From NCBI GenBank assembly GCA_964577115.1, contig CAZNXJ010000002.1:252285-316284 (forward strand): DNA of 64,000 bases, written 5' to 3'. The DNA is from an uncultured Pirellulaceae bacterium (lineage in GTDB: Bacteria; Planctomycetota; Planctomycetia; Pirellulales; Pirellulaceae). Shown one piece after another: positions 30,136-38,480 of this stretch; positions within the stretch are counted from its first letter, which is position 1, and each line of letters begins with the position of its first letter. A program made the translations under genes and the position numbers. Below the pieces are notes generated by a model. It made no database searches. It saw only the letters and a program-made list of their open reading frames with translations, and was not told the origin of the DNA.

Positions 30136-32004
30136 ATGGCGGGACGTTTTTCCCTAATCGTTCTTAATGGGCCCTCACCCGGCATAACCAGGCGACTTGA
30201 TCCCGAAACCACCGTGACCTTGGGGCGACATCCCTCGCGCGAGCTGGCTCTGGATGATGACCGTGCCAGTCGCTTGCACGCGCGGATTTCCTACCGCGCG
30301 GATCGCTGGTATCTCGAGGATTGCGGGAGTTTGAATGGCACGTATGTGAATTCGCAGCCGATCCAGCAGGCGGTGCTCGAGCCGGGCGATCTGATTCGGG
30401 TCGGTGACCGGCTCATCTTGTTTGCTGCCGACGAGCCCGATTCGTCGGTGGGCGGCGGACCGGGCAGTCTGCGAGCGACGACGTTGGTCGAGCGGGCTCG
30501 GAGCAAATCGTCCGGTGTGGGGCTCGTCGAGCAGAGTCTGAGCGAATCGATGTCACGTGTCGTGCGCGACTCGGCTGTGCTCTGCCGGCTCGCAAACCTG
30601 CTGCACGAGCAGACGGACAGCCAGGCCCTCATCCGCTCATCCGTTGAAGCGTTGGTCGACGGGCTCGACGCCGACACTGTCTCGGTTTGGTTGGTGGGCA
30701 CGGATGGCCGCTTGCGGTGTGCGCAGCGTTGGGGCGATGAGCCGCGGTCGAAGGGGCACGTGCTGGCGAGCCTCGCGGTCGAAAAGCGCAAGGCCATTCT
30801 GATGGACTCGCCGGAGAACGCTGCCAACTCGCCGGAGACCGCGACGATCGGCACGGCGATCGGCGTTCCCATTCCCGCGCGCAAAGTATGTCTGGGGGCG
30901 ATCGAATGTCACCGTCATCCGGATCGCAAGCCGTTTACGCGCAGCGATCTCGATTTCACGGTCGTCGTAGCTCACCAAACGGGTGCGGCGCTGGAAAACC
31001 TCGAGCATCGCGAGCGTCTTGAGCAGGCGAATATCGAACTGCGGCGCCGGTTGGATGAACAAAGCCGGTTGGCGGGGTCCAGCCCGGCTATCCACAGCGT
31101 GCTCGACAAGGTCACGCGCGTGGGGCCAGCGGCGTCGAACGTGCTGATCATCGGCGAGAGCGGCACGGGGAAGGAGCTCGTGGCCCGCGCGATCCATGAC
31201 CTCAGCCGTCACAGTTCGGGGCCGTACATCACGGTCAACTGCGCGGCGTTTAGTGAATCGCTGCTCGAGAGCGAGTTGTTTGGGCACGAGCCCGGCGCGT
31301 TCACGGGGGCCGACCGGCGGCATATCGGGCAGATCGAGCGAGCTCATCGCGGCACGTTGTTCCTGGACGAGGTGGGCGAGATGAGTCTCGCGTGCCAGGC
31401 GAAGTTACTGCGTGTTCTTGAAGGCCATCCCTTCACGCGGCTTGGAGGTCAGGAGCCGATCCGTGTTGAAGTGCGAACGATTGCCGCGACGCACCGCGAC
31501 CTGGCGGCGCTAGTGCGTCAGGGCAAGTTCCGCGAAGACTTGCTCTACCGTCTGCGCGTCATCGACATCCACGTTCCGCCGCTCCGCGAACGGGGTGACG
31601 ACATCGTTGAACTGGCGTCGCTGTTTCTCGACCAATTCCGCCGGCAAATGGGGCGCGGCCCCAAGCGTCTTTCGGCGGCCGCACTGCAAGCGCTGCGCGA
31701 CTATCATTGGCCGGGAAACGTGCGCGAGCTGCGTAACGCGGTCGAGCGGGCCGTGGTGTTGGGGCACGGTGAAGAAGTTGTTCCTGAAGACCTCGGCCTG
31801 CCGCGCGGTGGCGTCCCGACCGGCGCTCAGCCGCAGCTGACATCCCTCCGCGAAGCCGAACGGCGCCACATCGAGTACGTCCTCCAGCAGGTCGGCGGCA
31901 ACAAAACTCAGGCCTGCAAAATCCTGGGGATTGGCCGCGGCACGCTTTATAACAAGCTGGCCGGCATTGACGGCGAGACGGTGGATGATGAAATCGAGGG
32001 GTAA
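30136..32004 (+). CDS. Sigma-54-dependent transcriptional activator with an N-terminal FHA domain, a GAF-like middle and a C-terminal Fis-type HTH
   Basis: FHA signature TVTLGRHPSRELALDDDRASRLHARI...GSLNGTYVN. AAA+ sigma-54 module GESGTGKELVARAIH with GAFTGA and the ESELFGHE motif. C-terminal HTH block KTQACKILGIGRGTLYNKL. Confidence 0.85.
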   Translation: MAGRFSLIVLNGPSPGITRRLDPETTVTLGRHPSRELALDDDRASRLHARISYRADRWYLEDCGSLNGTYVNSQPIQQAVLEPGDLIRVGDRLILFAADEPDSSVGGGPGSLRATTLVERARSKSSGVGLVEQSLSESMSRVVRDSAVLCRLANLLHEQTDSQALIRSSVEALVDGLDADTVSVWLVGTDGRLRCAQRWGDEPRSKGHVLASLAVEKRKAILMDSPENAANSPETATIGTAIGVPIPARKVCLGAIECHRHPDRKPFTRSDLDFTVVVAHQTGAALENLEHRERLEQANIELRRRLDEQSRLAGSSPAIHSVLDKVTRVGPAASNVLIIGESGTGKELVARAIHDLSRHSSGPYITVNCAAFSESLLESELFGHEPGAFTGADRRHIGQIERAHRGTLFLDEVGEMSLACQAKLLRVLEGHPFTRLGGQEPIRVEVRTIAATHRDLAALVRQGKFREDLLYRLRVIDIHVPPLRERGDDIVELASLFLDQFRRQMGRGPKRLSAAALQALRDYHWPGNVRELRNAVERAVVLGHGEEVVPEDLGLPRGGVPTGAQPQLTSLREAERRHIEYVLQQVGGNKTQACKILGIGRGTLYNKLAGIDGETVDDEIEG

Positions 32005-32184
32005 CGCGGGGGCGATAAACCACGGATAACACGGATCGGCACGGATCGGAGTTGTGCCTACTGGGTTAGCCTATTCGCTACAAGCGATACCAGCGAGGAC
32101 GGGCGCGCTGAGGGGAGCGTATTCACGCTGAGTTATTGTTGGCGGGCTGGCCATCGAAAATGGTACCCTTCTCGTAAGTGAAAC

Positions 32185-35100
32185 GTGCCAGAGGGGGTGC
32201 CGACCATGAGCGATAGTGCGCCGTCTGTCAACCTCACCGACAATGTGTCGCGGCACTCCGCCGATCAGGGCGGGGTTATCACAGCGGACGTCGCCGCCGC
32301 GATGAATTTTGCATCGTGGCTGAACTCAGTGCCGCTGCTTCGTACGTTGACCATCGGCAACACCACGTCGCAGATTTGGAGCAATCTGCGGCTCGACTTG
32401 CAAACATCGCCTGCGTTTGCTCGCGCCAAGACATGGCATCTTGAACGGATCAACCCGGGCGAGCATGTTCGGCTCGGCGATCGAGATGTCCAGATCGACC
32501 CGGATTATCTGAACGGGTTGAATGAAGCCGAGCGTGGTCAGCTACAGTTTCGACTTTGGCAGGGCGACCAGCTGCTCGCGGAATCAATCTATGACATCCG
32601 CATCTTGGCCCGTGACGAATGGGGCGGGATGTCGAGCATGGCGGAACTGCTGGCCGCATTCGTCATGCCCAACGATCCAGGATTGGCGCGCGTGCTCAAG
32701 CGGGCGAGCAATCTACTTGCCCGGCATGGCCATTCGTCGGCGCTTGATGGTTACCAGAGCGGCGATCCGCGCCGCGCTTATATGTTGGCGGCCGCCGTCT
32801 GGTCGGCCGTTGCGGCCGAGAAGTTGTCGTACACAAATCCACCAGCCAGCTTTGAACGCTCCGGACAAAAAGTCCGGCGTCCGTCCGTTGTTCTCTCCGA
32901 CGGATTAGCGACCTGCCTGGACACGAGCCTGCTATTTGCTGCTGCGCTGGAGGCGATCGGACTGAACACGATTATCGTGATGCAAGACGGGCATTGTTTC
33001 ACCGGTGTATGGCTCGTCGAACGGACGCTTCCGCGGATTGTCACTACCGAATGCAGCGAAATTCGTAAGGCCATCGACGCACACGAGCTGCGAACATTTG
33101 AAACGACGCTGGTGACACATAACCCGCCCGCGCGTTTCGAGGACGCCATCCGGATGGCTCGGGATGCAACTCGCGAGGCGCAAGAAGGCCGGTTCCTTGC
33201 CGCCATCGATATCGCTCGGGCGCGCATGTCTCAGATCCGACCCCTGGCATCGCACGAAGCACGCGAGCTGCGCGTCGAGCAGGAAGCCGGCGGCGACGGT
33301 TCGCTTCCGTTGCCTAAACCGCCGGACTTCGGCGGGGTTCCCGCCGAAATCGCCGAGGAAAGGCCCTCGACGCCGGCGGGCCGCATTGAGCGCTGGCAGC
33401 GCAAGCTGTTGGACCTGTCGCTGCGGAATCGGCTGCTCAATTTTAGATCGGGCCAGTCAGCGGTCCCCGTGCTATGTCCGGACGCTGCATTACTCGAGGA
33501 TCGGCTTGCGGCCGGAGGGAAACTGCGTCTAATTTCGTTGCCCGAACACAATCCCTTGGGCGAGCGCGATGCGCAGTTGCACCAGCAGACGACTCATCAC
33601 GATATCAATATCGAGTTCGCGCGGCAGGCACTAGTTCGCGATGAACTCTGTTCGCCGCTTGGGGAACGCGAATTAGCAAACCGCCTGACGTCGCTTTATC
33701 GCAAAGTACGCAACGACCTTGCCGAAGGGGGTTCGAACACCTTGTATCTGGCGGTGGGCTTTCTGCGCTGGAAGCAGCGGCCGACCGATTCGAAAAGCTA
33801 TCTCGCGCCGTTGCTGCTGGTCCCCGTCAAGTTAACGCGTAAGAGTGCCATCTCGCCGTACCTGCTCTCCCAGCACGAGGATGACGTTCGCTTCAATGCG
33901 ACCCTGATCCAGCTTCTGCTGAAAGATTTCGGGCGTGACATTTCGGCCATCGATGCCAATCTGCCCATGGATGAACACGGCGTTGATGTTCCTCGCATGC
34001 TGGACTGGGTGCGCCACGAAGTGCGCGACATTCCCGGATTTGAGGTCGTCGATGACGTTGCCCTGTCGACGTTCTCGTTTGCCAAGTATCTGATGTGGAA
34101 GGATCTGGTCGACCGCATCCAACAGCTTGAACATAACCGTGTTGTGCGCCATCTCATTCGCGATCCGGATAAACCCTTTCAGTCCGATGCGCTCACCACG
34201 ATTCCGGCTCCATACGAGATCGATAAACGCTACGAACCAAAGGAGTTGGTTCACATCCTACCTGCCGACTCGTCGCAAGTTGCCGCGGTTATGGCAGCGT
34301 CGGAAGGTCATGACTTTGTGCTAATCGGACCACCCGGTACTGGTAAAAGTCAGACGATTGCCAACATCATCGCGCAATGTCTGGCAACGGGGAAATCGGT
34401 ACTGTTCGTCGCGGAGAAAACCGCCGCGCTGGATGTGGTATATCGGCGTCTGCGGGATTGCGGCCTGGGGGACTGTTGCATCGAGCTGCATTCGAATCGT
34501 GCGGAGCGCCGGAGATTTCTCGACCAACTCAAGGCATCCTGGGAAAACAACCGTCGCTCGAAGGCCGGCGACTGGCTCGACATCAACAAGCGGCTGAAGA
34601 TTCGTCGCGATGAACTGAATGCGTACGTGGATGCGATTCACGAGAAGCATCCCAATGGATGGACCGTCTTCCAGGCGCTCGGACTCTCGGTAGCCGGTGC
34701 GGAATTTCAAACGCCGCAGCTTTATTGGCCCGATACGGTCCATCATGACGTGGCTGCCTATCAGGACCTGCTGGAGATTGCCAGGGAACTCGGCCGCACG
34801 TTTGCCGTCCTGGATCCCGACGTTCGGCTTCCGGTGGCCAAGCGGCAGTGGTCAGCTGGTTGGGAAGCGAAGCTGCTTGCGGATTGCGCACGTCTCAAGT
34901 CCACCGCCGTGACGCTGCGAGAGTCGCTTGAGGAGTTCGCGGCGGCCGCTGGGTTGTCTGACGTAAAAGACGGATCGGCTCGCCAGCTGGAAAATTTTCG
35001 CCGGCTTGCCCACGCATTGCTTGAATGCGCTGGGAACGACGCGCGCGTCATGTTCAACAAGCAGTTCGGGCAGCTGCCAAAGCAGATTGCCGAACTGCAA

Positions 35101-38100
35101 ACGGCGATATCGGAGTATCGGCAGGCGGAAAATAGCGCTCGGGGAAAGTACTCGGCCGAGATCCTACCGCAGATCCCACTGGACGACCTCGATCACCGTT
35201 GGCGTGCTGCCAAGGCGTCTTTCTTTTTAATATCGTGGTTTGCCAAGCGTAAGGTGACCCGACTGCTCCAAAGCTACGCCAGCGAGGGCCAGGCGGATCC
35301 AGCGACCGATTTGGCGGCGCTTCGCACGATGCAAAAGCGGCTCGCTGATGTTTCCGCCATTTCGCTTCCCGAGTCGCTACCGGGCTGGCGGCAGCTGGAT
35401 TCCGATTTGGAGACCCTTCGTGCTCACGTTCAACGAGTGGCGACGCTGCGGGAGGCGATCATCGCGGTTGGCCAGTCGTCGGGCACGACGAATGCGATAA
35501 GTCGGGCGCTCCTGCCAGCACTGGGGGGCGAAGGATCTGATTTGCCCGTGTACCAGTGTGCGCGCACGTACTGCTCGGCGTGGGAAGACTTCCAACGCGC
35601 ACTGCAAGAATTTTCGCAAACGACCGAGACGCCCCCGGTCCGCGACGGCAGTGAAGCGGTAATAGCCGAAAGCATTGCCGCGGCCGAGCGCATTGAGAGC
35701 CGTCGGCATCACTTGCAGCGGTGGACGTTTTGGTGCGATGCGGCAGAGCGTGCGAAGGTTGCCGGTCTGTCCTCATTCGTCGCGGAGCTCGAGTCCGGTG
35801 CGCTTGCTCCGGACGATCTGGTCGATCGGCTTCGTCTCGCCTATGCCCGATGGTGGCTGCCGAGGGCGATTGACCGTAGTCCAGTGCTTCGCGGTTTCCA
35901 GCGGTTCAAGCACGAGGATATTATCGAGGATTTTCGTCGGCTCGACGACCTTGCGAGACGCACGGCATCGGCCGTCGTTCGGCGCGGGGTCGCGCACGAC
36001 CTGCCGGAGAGCGACGGGGTACCTCGGCGTTCGGAGCTGGGGATGCTGCGGCACCAGATTGGTCTAACGCGTCCGAGTAAGTCGATCCGCGAAGTGATCT
36101 CGAACATGCCGACTAGCTTTCCCAAGCTGGCTCGCTGCCTGCTCATGTCTCCGTTGTCCATCGCGCAGTATCTACCACCGGAACAAACGCCGTTCGATGT
36201 TGTGATTTTTGACGAGGCGTCCCAGATCACGACGTGGGACGCGATTGGCGCGATTGCTCGAGGCCGGCAAACGATCATCGTTGGGGATCCCAAGCAGCTT
36301 CCACCCACGAACTTCTTTGGACGCCTGGACGATGACGAGCAAAACGAGGAACTCGAGGATCATGAGAAGGACTTGGAGAGCATCCTTGACGAAGCCCAGG
36401 CGTCGGGACTACCCGTACTTCAGCTCAATTGGCATTACCGCAGCCAGCATGAATCCTTGATCGCGTTTTCGAACTGGCACTATTACGGCAACAAGCTGAT
36501 CACGTTTCCCGCGGCCGATTCGGAGGAGCGCGGAGTGGTCTTCCGGTACCTTGAGGAAGGCGTATATGACCGCGGAAAGAGCCGCACGAATCGTGTGGAA
36601 GCCGAAGCCATTGTTCGTGACGCGGTGCAGCGCATGCAGCGGGAACTCGCGAAGCCCGAAGACCAGCGCCGAACGTTTGGCGTCATTACGTTCAACATCC
36701 AGCAGCAAGGGTTGATCGAAGATCTGTTTGAGGAAGCTCTGCGCGAGAACCCTGAACTCGAATGGTTTTTTGCCGACGACCGTATCGAGCCGACCGTGGT
36801 GAAAAACCTGGAAAACGTGCAGGGCGACGAGCGGGACGTCATGTACTTCTCGGTCACGTTTGGGCGGGATCAGAGCCAGAAGTTTTCCATGAACTTCGGG
36901 GCGCTCAATCGGGACGGAGGAGAACGCCGCTTAAATGTCGCCATTACCCGTGCACGGCGCGAACTGCTCGTCTACTCCTCTTTCAAAGGCGAGGCCCTGT
37001 CCGCCGATCGTACCGACCGGCTCGGCGTTCTCCACCTGAAATACTTTTTGGAGTTTGCCGAGAAAGGAGCGAACGCATTACCCGCGGCAATCGAAGGTTC
37101 CGTCGGGGACTTCGAGTCGCCTTTCGAAGAAGCGGTTGCTGCAGCGTTGAAGAAACACGGTTGGCAGGTGGTGCCGCAGATTGGCGTATCCGGGTTTCGC
37201 GTCGATCTGGGAGTTGTGCATCCCGATAAGCCGGGATCGTATCTGGCTGGTGTGGAATGCGACGGGGCGACTTATCATCGATCGGCCGTAGCGCGCGACC
37301 GCGACAAAATCCGCCAGCAAGTGTTGGAAGGGTTGGGATGGAACATCCTGCGGGTATGGTCACCCGATTGGTGGTACGATTGTCAGTCGGCCGTTCAGCG
37401 CGTCCATGAGCAGCTTACGGCGTTGCTCGAAAGTGATCGTCGGCGCAACCGCGACAAGGAGGTAACCGCAGTTTCCGTTGCCACGCCGCAGCCGAGCGAC
37501 GATCCGAAAACTGTGACGGGGCATCGCGAGGACGTTCGGCCAGACGTCGTGATGCCGGCCAAACGCGTTGCGCAAGACATGAAACCACCCCGGAACGCCG
37601 AGCAACGGCAGCTCTTTGCCGGATCGACGACTCGTATCGAAGAGGCGAAATATTATTTCCGGCGAGCTGAACTGCCGGATGCGTCATCGCGCCAGCATCG
37701 CTTTTTCGAACATGATTACTCCGATGAGCTGCGAGCGATGCTTCTGTCCATCCTTCAGCAGGAGCAACCAATCCGGGAAGACGTGCTCGTCCGTCAAATT
37801 GCGCGCGTGCATGGCTTCGCGCGAGCCGGAGGCAACATACGCAAACGTGTAATCGAGTTGCTCGACGATGTAGCTCACACCGAGGAGACTACCGGGCGGT
37901 TCTTGTGGGTGAATGGGCCCGCGGAGGAAATCCCATTTCGTCACGCTCGCGATGAAAGCGATCGCCGGAGTCTCGAAGAGATTTCCATGGCGGAATTGAT
38001 TGGCCTGGTGCGCGCTAACCCGCATCTACGAAGCGACAACGATCCAGCGCTCTCGTACGCACGGCTTATTGGAATTGCCCGGCTCTCGAAAACGGCTCGC

Positions 38101-38148
38101 GAGCGGCTGGAGGCGGCGATCGCCGCGGCCGACGACGTACGCTCGTGA
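32185..38148 (+). CDS. 1987-aa multidomain protein: N-terminal transglutaminase-like Cys protease fold, DUF4011-like region, Upf1-like SF1 helicase, Vsr/DUF559-like endonuclease and a DUF3320-like C-terminus (Hhe-like single-gene defence candidate)
   Basis: Cys motif GLATCLDTSLLFAAALEAIG followed by DGHCFTGVWL (residues ~240–275). Walker A LIGPPGTGKSQTIANII (~34327). Helicase motifs DEASQ, QLNWHYRSQHESL and ITRARREL. Endonuclease-like block GFRVDLGVV...GVECDGATYH...GWNILRVWSPDWW. Confidence 0.8.
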   Translation: MPEGVPTMSDSAPSVNLTDNVSRHSADQGGVITADVAAAMNFASWLNSVPLLRTLTIGNTTSQIWSNLRLDLQTSPAFARAKTWHLERINPGEHVRLGDRDVQIDPDYLNGLNEAERGQLQFRLWQGDQLLAESIYDIRILARDEWGGMSSMAELLAAFVMPNDPGLARVLKRASNLLARHGHSSALDGYQSGDPRRAYMLAAAVWSAVAAEKLSYTNPPASFERSGQKVRRPSVVLSDGLATCLDTSLLFAAALEAIGLNTIIVMQDGHCFTGVWLVERTLPRIVTTECSEIRKAIDAHELRTFETTLVTHNPPARFEDAIRMARDATREAQEGRFLAAIDIARARMSQIRPLASHEARELRVEQEAGGDGSLPLPKPPDFGGVPAEIAEERPSTPAGRIERWQRKLLDLSLRNRLLNFRSGQSAVPVLCPDAALLEDRLAAGGKLRLISLPEHNPLGERDAQLHQQTTHHDINIEFARQALVRDELCSPLGERELANRLTSLYRKVRNDLAEGGSNTLYLAVGFLRWKQRPTDSKSYLAPLLLVPVKLTRKSAISPYLLSQHEDDVRFNATLIQLLLKDFGRDISAIDANLPMDEHGVDVPRMLDWVRHEVRDIPGFEVVDDVALSTFSFAKYLMWKDLVDRIQQLEHNRVVRHLIRDPDKPFQSDALTTIPAPYEIDKRYEPKELVHILPADSSQVAAVMAASEGHDFVLIGPPGTGKSQTIANIIAQCLATGKSVLFVAEKTAALDVVYRRLRDCGLGDCCIELHSNRAERRRFLDQLKASWENNRRSKAGDWLDINKRLKIRRDELNAYVDAIHEKHPNGWTVFQALGLSVAGAEFQTPQLYWPDTVHHDVAAYQDLLEIARELGRTFAVLDPDVRLPVAKRQWSAGWEAKLLADCARLKSTAVTLRESLEEFAAAAGLSDVKDGSARQLENFRRLAHALLECAGNDARVMFNKQFGQLPKQIAELQTAISEYRQAENSARGKYSAEILPQIPLDDLDHRWRAAKASFFLISWFAKRKVTRLLQSYASEGQADPATDLAALRTMQKRLADVSAISLPESLPGWRQLDSDLETLRAHVQRVATLREAIIAVGQSSGTTNAISRALLPALGGEGSDLPVYQCARTYCSAWEDFQRALQEFSQTTETPPVRDGSEAVIAESIAAAERIESRRHHLQRWTFWCDAAERAKVAGLSSFVAELESGALAPDDLVDRLRLAYARWWLPRAIDRSPVLRGFQRFKHEDIIEDFRRLDDLARRTASAVVRRGVAHDLPESDGVPRRSELGMLRHQIGLTRPSKSIREVISNMPTSFPKLARCLLMSPLSIAQYLPPEQTPFDVVIFDEASQITTWDAIGAIARGRQTIIVGDPKQLPPTNFFGRLDDDEQNEELEDHEKDLESILDEAQASGLPVLQLNWHYRSQHESLIAFSNWHYYGNKLITFPAADSEERGVVFRYLEEGVYDRGKSRTNRVEAEAIVRDAVQRMQRELAKPEDQRRTFGVITFNIQQQGLIEDLFEEALRENPELEWFFADDRIEPTVVKNLENVQGDERDVMYFSVTFGRDQSQKFSMNFGALNRDGGERRLNVAITRARRELLVYSSFKGEALSADRTDRLGVLHLKYFLEFAEKGANALPAAIEGSVGDFESPFEEAVAAALKKHGWQVVPQIGVSGFRVDLGVVHPDKPGSYLAGVECDGATYHRSAVARDRDKIRQQVLEGLGWNILRVWSPDWWYDCQSAVQRVHEQLTALLESDRRRNRDKEVTAVSVATPQPSDDPKTVTGHREDVRPDVVMPAKRVAQDMKPPRNAEQRQLFAGSTTRIEEAKYYFRRAELPDASSRQHRFFEHDYSDELRAMLLSILQQEQPIREDVLVRQIARVHGFARAGGNIRKRVIELLDDVAHTEETTGRFLWVNGPAEEIPFRHARDESDRRSLEEISMAELIGLVRANPHLRSDNDPALSYARLIGIARLSKTARERLEAAIAAADDVRS

Positions 38149-38173
38149 CGGAACCGACGCAGCGAAAATTCCG

Positions 38174-38202
38174 CCCGAAGCGCTGGCCTCCAGCGCTTCG
38201 GG
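38174..38202 (+). terminator. GC-rich perfect hairpin (13-bp stem, 3-nt loop) 26 nt after the stop of the 1987-aa gene
   Basis: cccgaagcgctgg-cct-ccagcgcttcggg. No U-tract follows, so it is not a canonical intrinsic terminator. Confidence 0.35.
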
Positions 38203-38438
38203 CGTCCGGCGAGGGGAGGAGAACCTTGTCACTCGCAGTTCTTTGCGAGCGTTGGTGCGCGTTTTTCCTGGCGCGACTTGTTTCTATGAGGGGTGCGCGA
38301 TAGCCTGTACGCAGTCTTTGGGGCATCAACTGCGCTGAGTTGCGGTAAGCCAGGAACGGCTTGCTCGTTGCGGTGCGCCGCCGCGCGATAATGCCACGAG
38401 AACCCGTGATCGTGATACGCAGAAATTATCGCGTCATA

Positions 38439-38460
38439 TGCTGACAAGAATATGTCAGCA
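38439..38460. promoter_or_regulatory. Perfect 8-bp inverted repeat with 6-bp spacer (TGCTGACA-AGAATA-TGTCAGCA) in an AT-rich stretch about 20 bp upstream of the giant kinase start
   Basis: Read directly from the sequence. The local GC drop (38421–38470) is unusual for this genome. A TGACAAG half-site recurs at 38471–38477. Confidence 0.4.
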
Positions 38461-38480
38461 GACTAGCTCTGCATCTTGCC

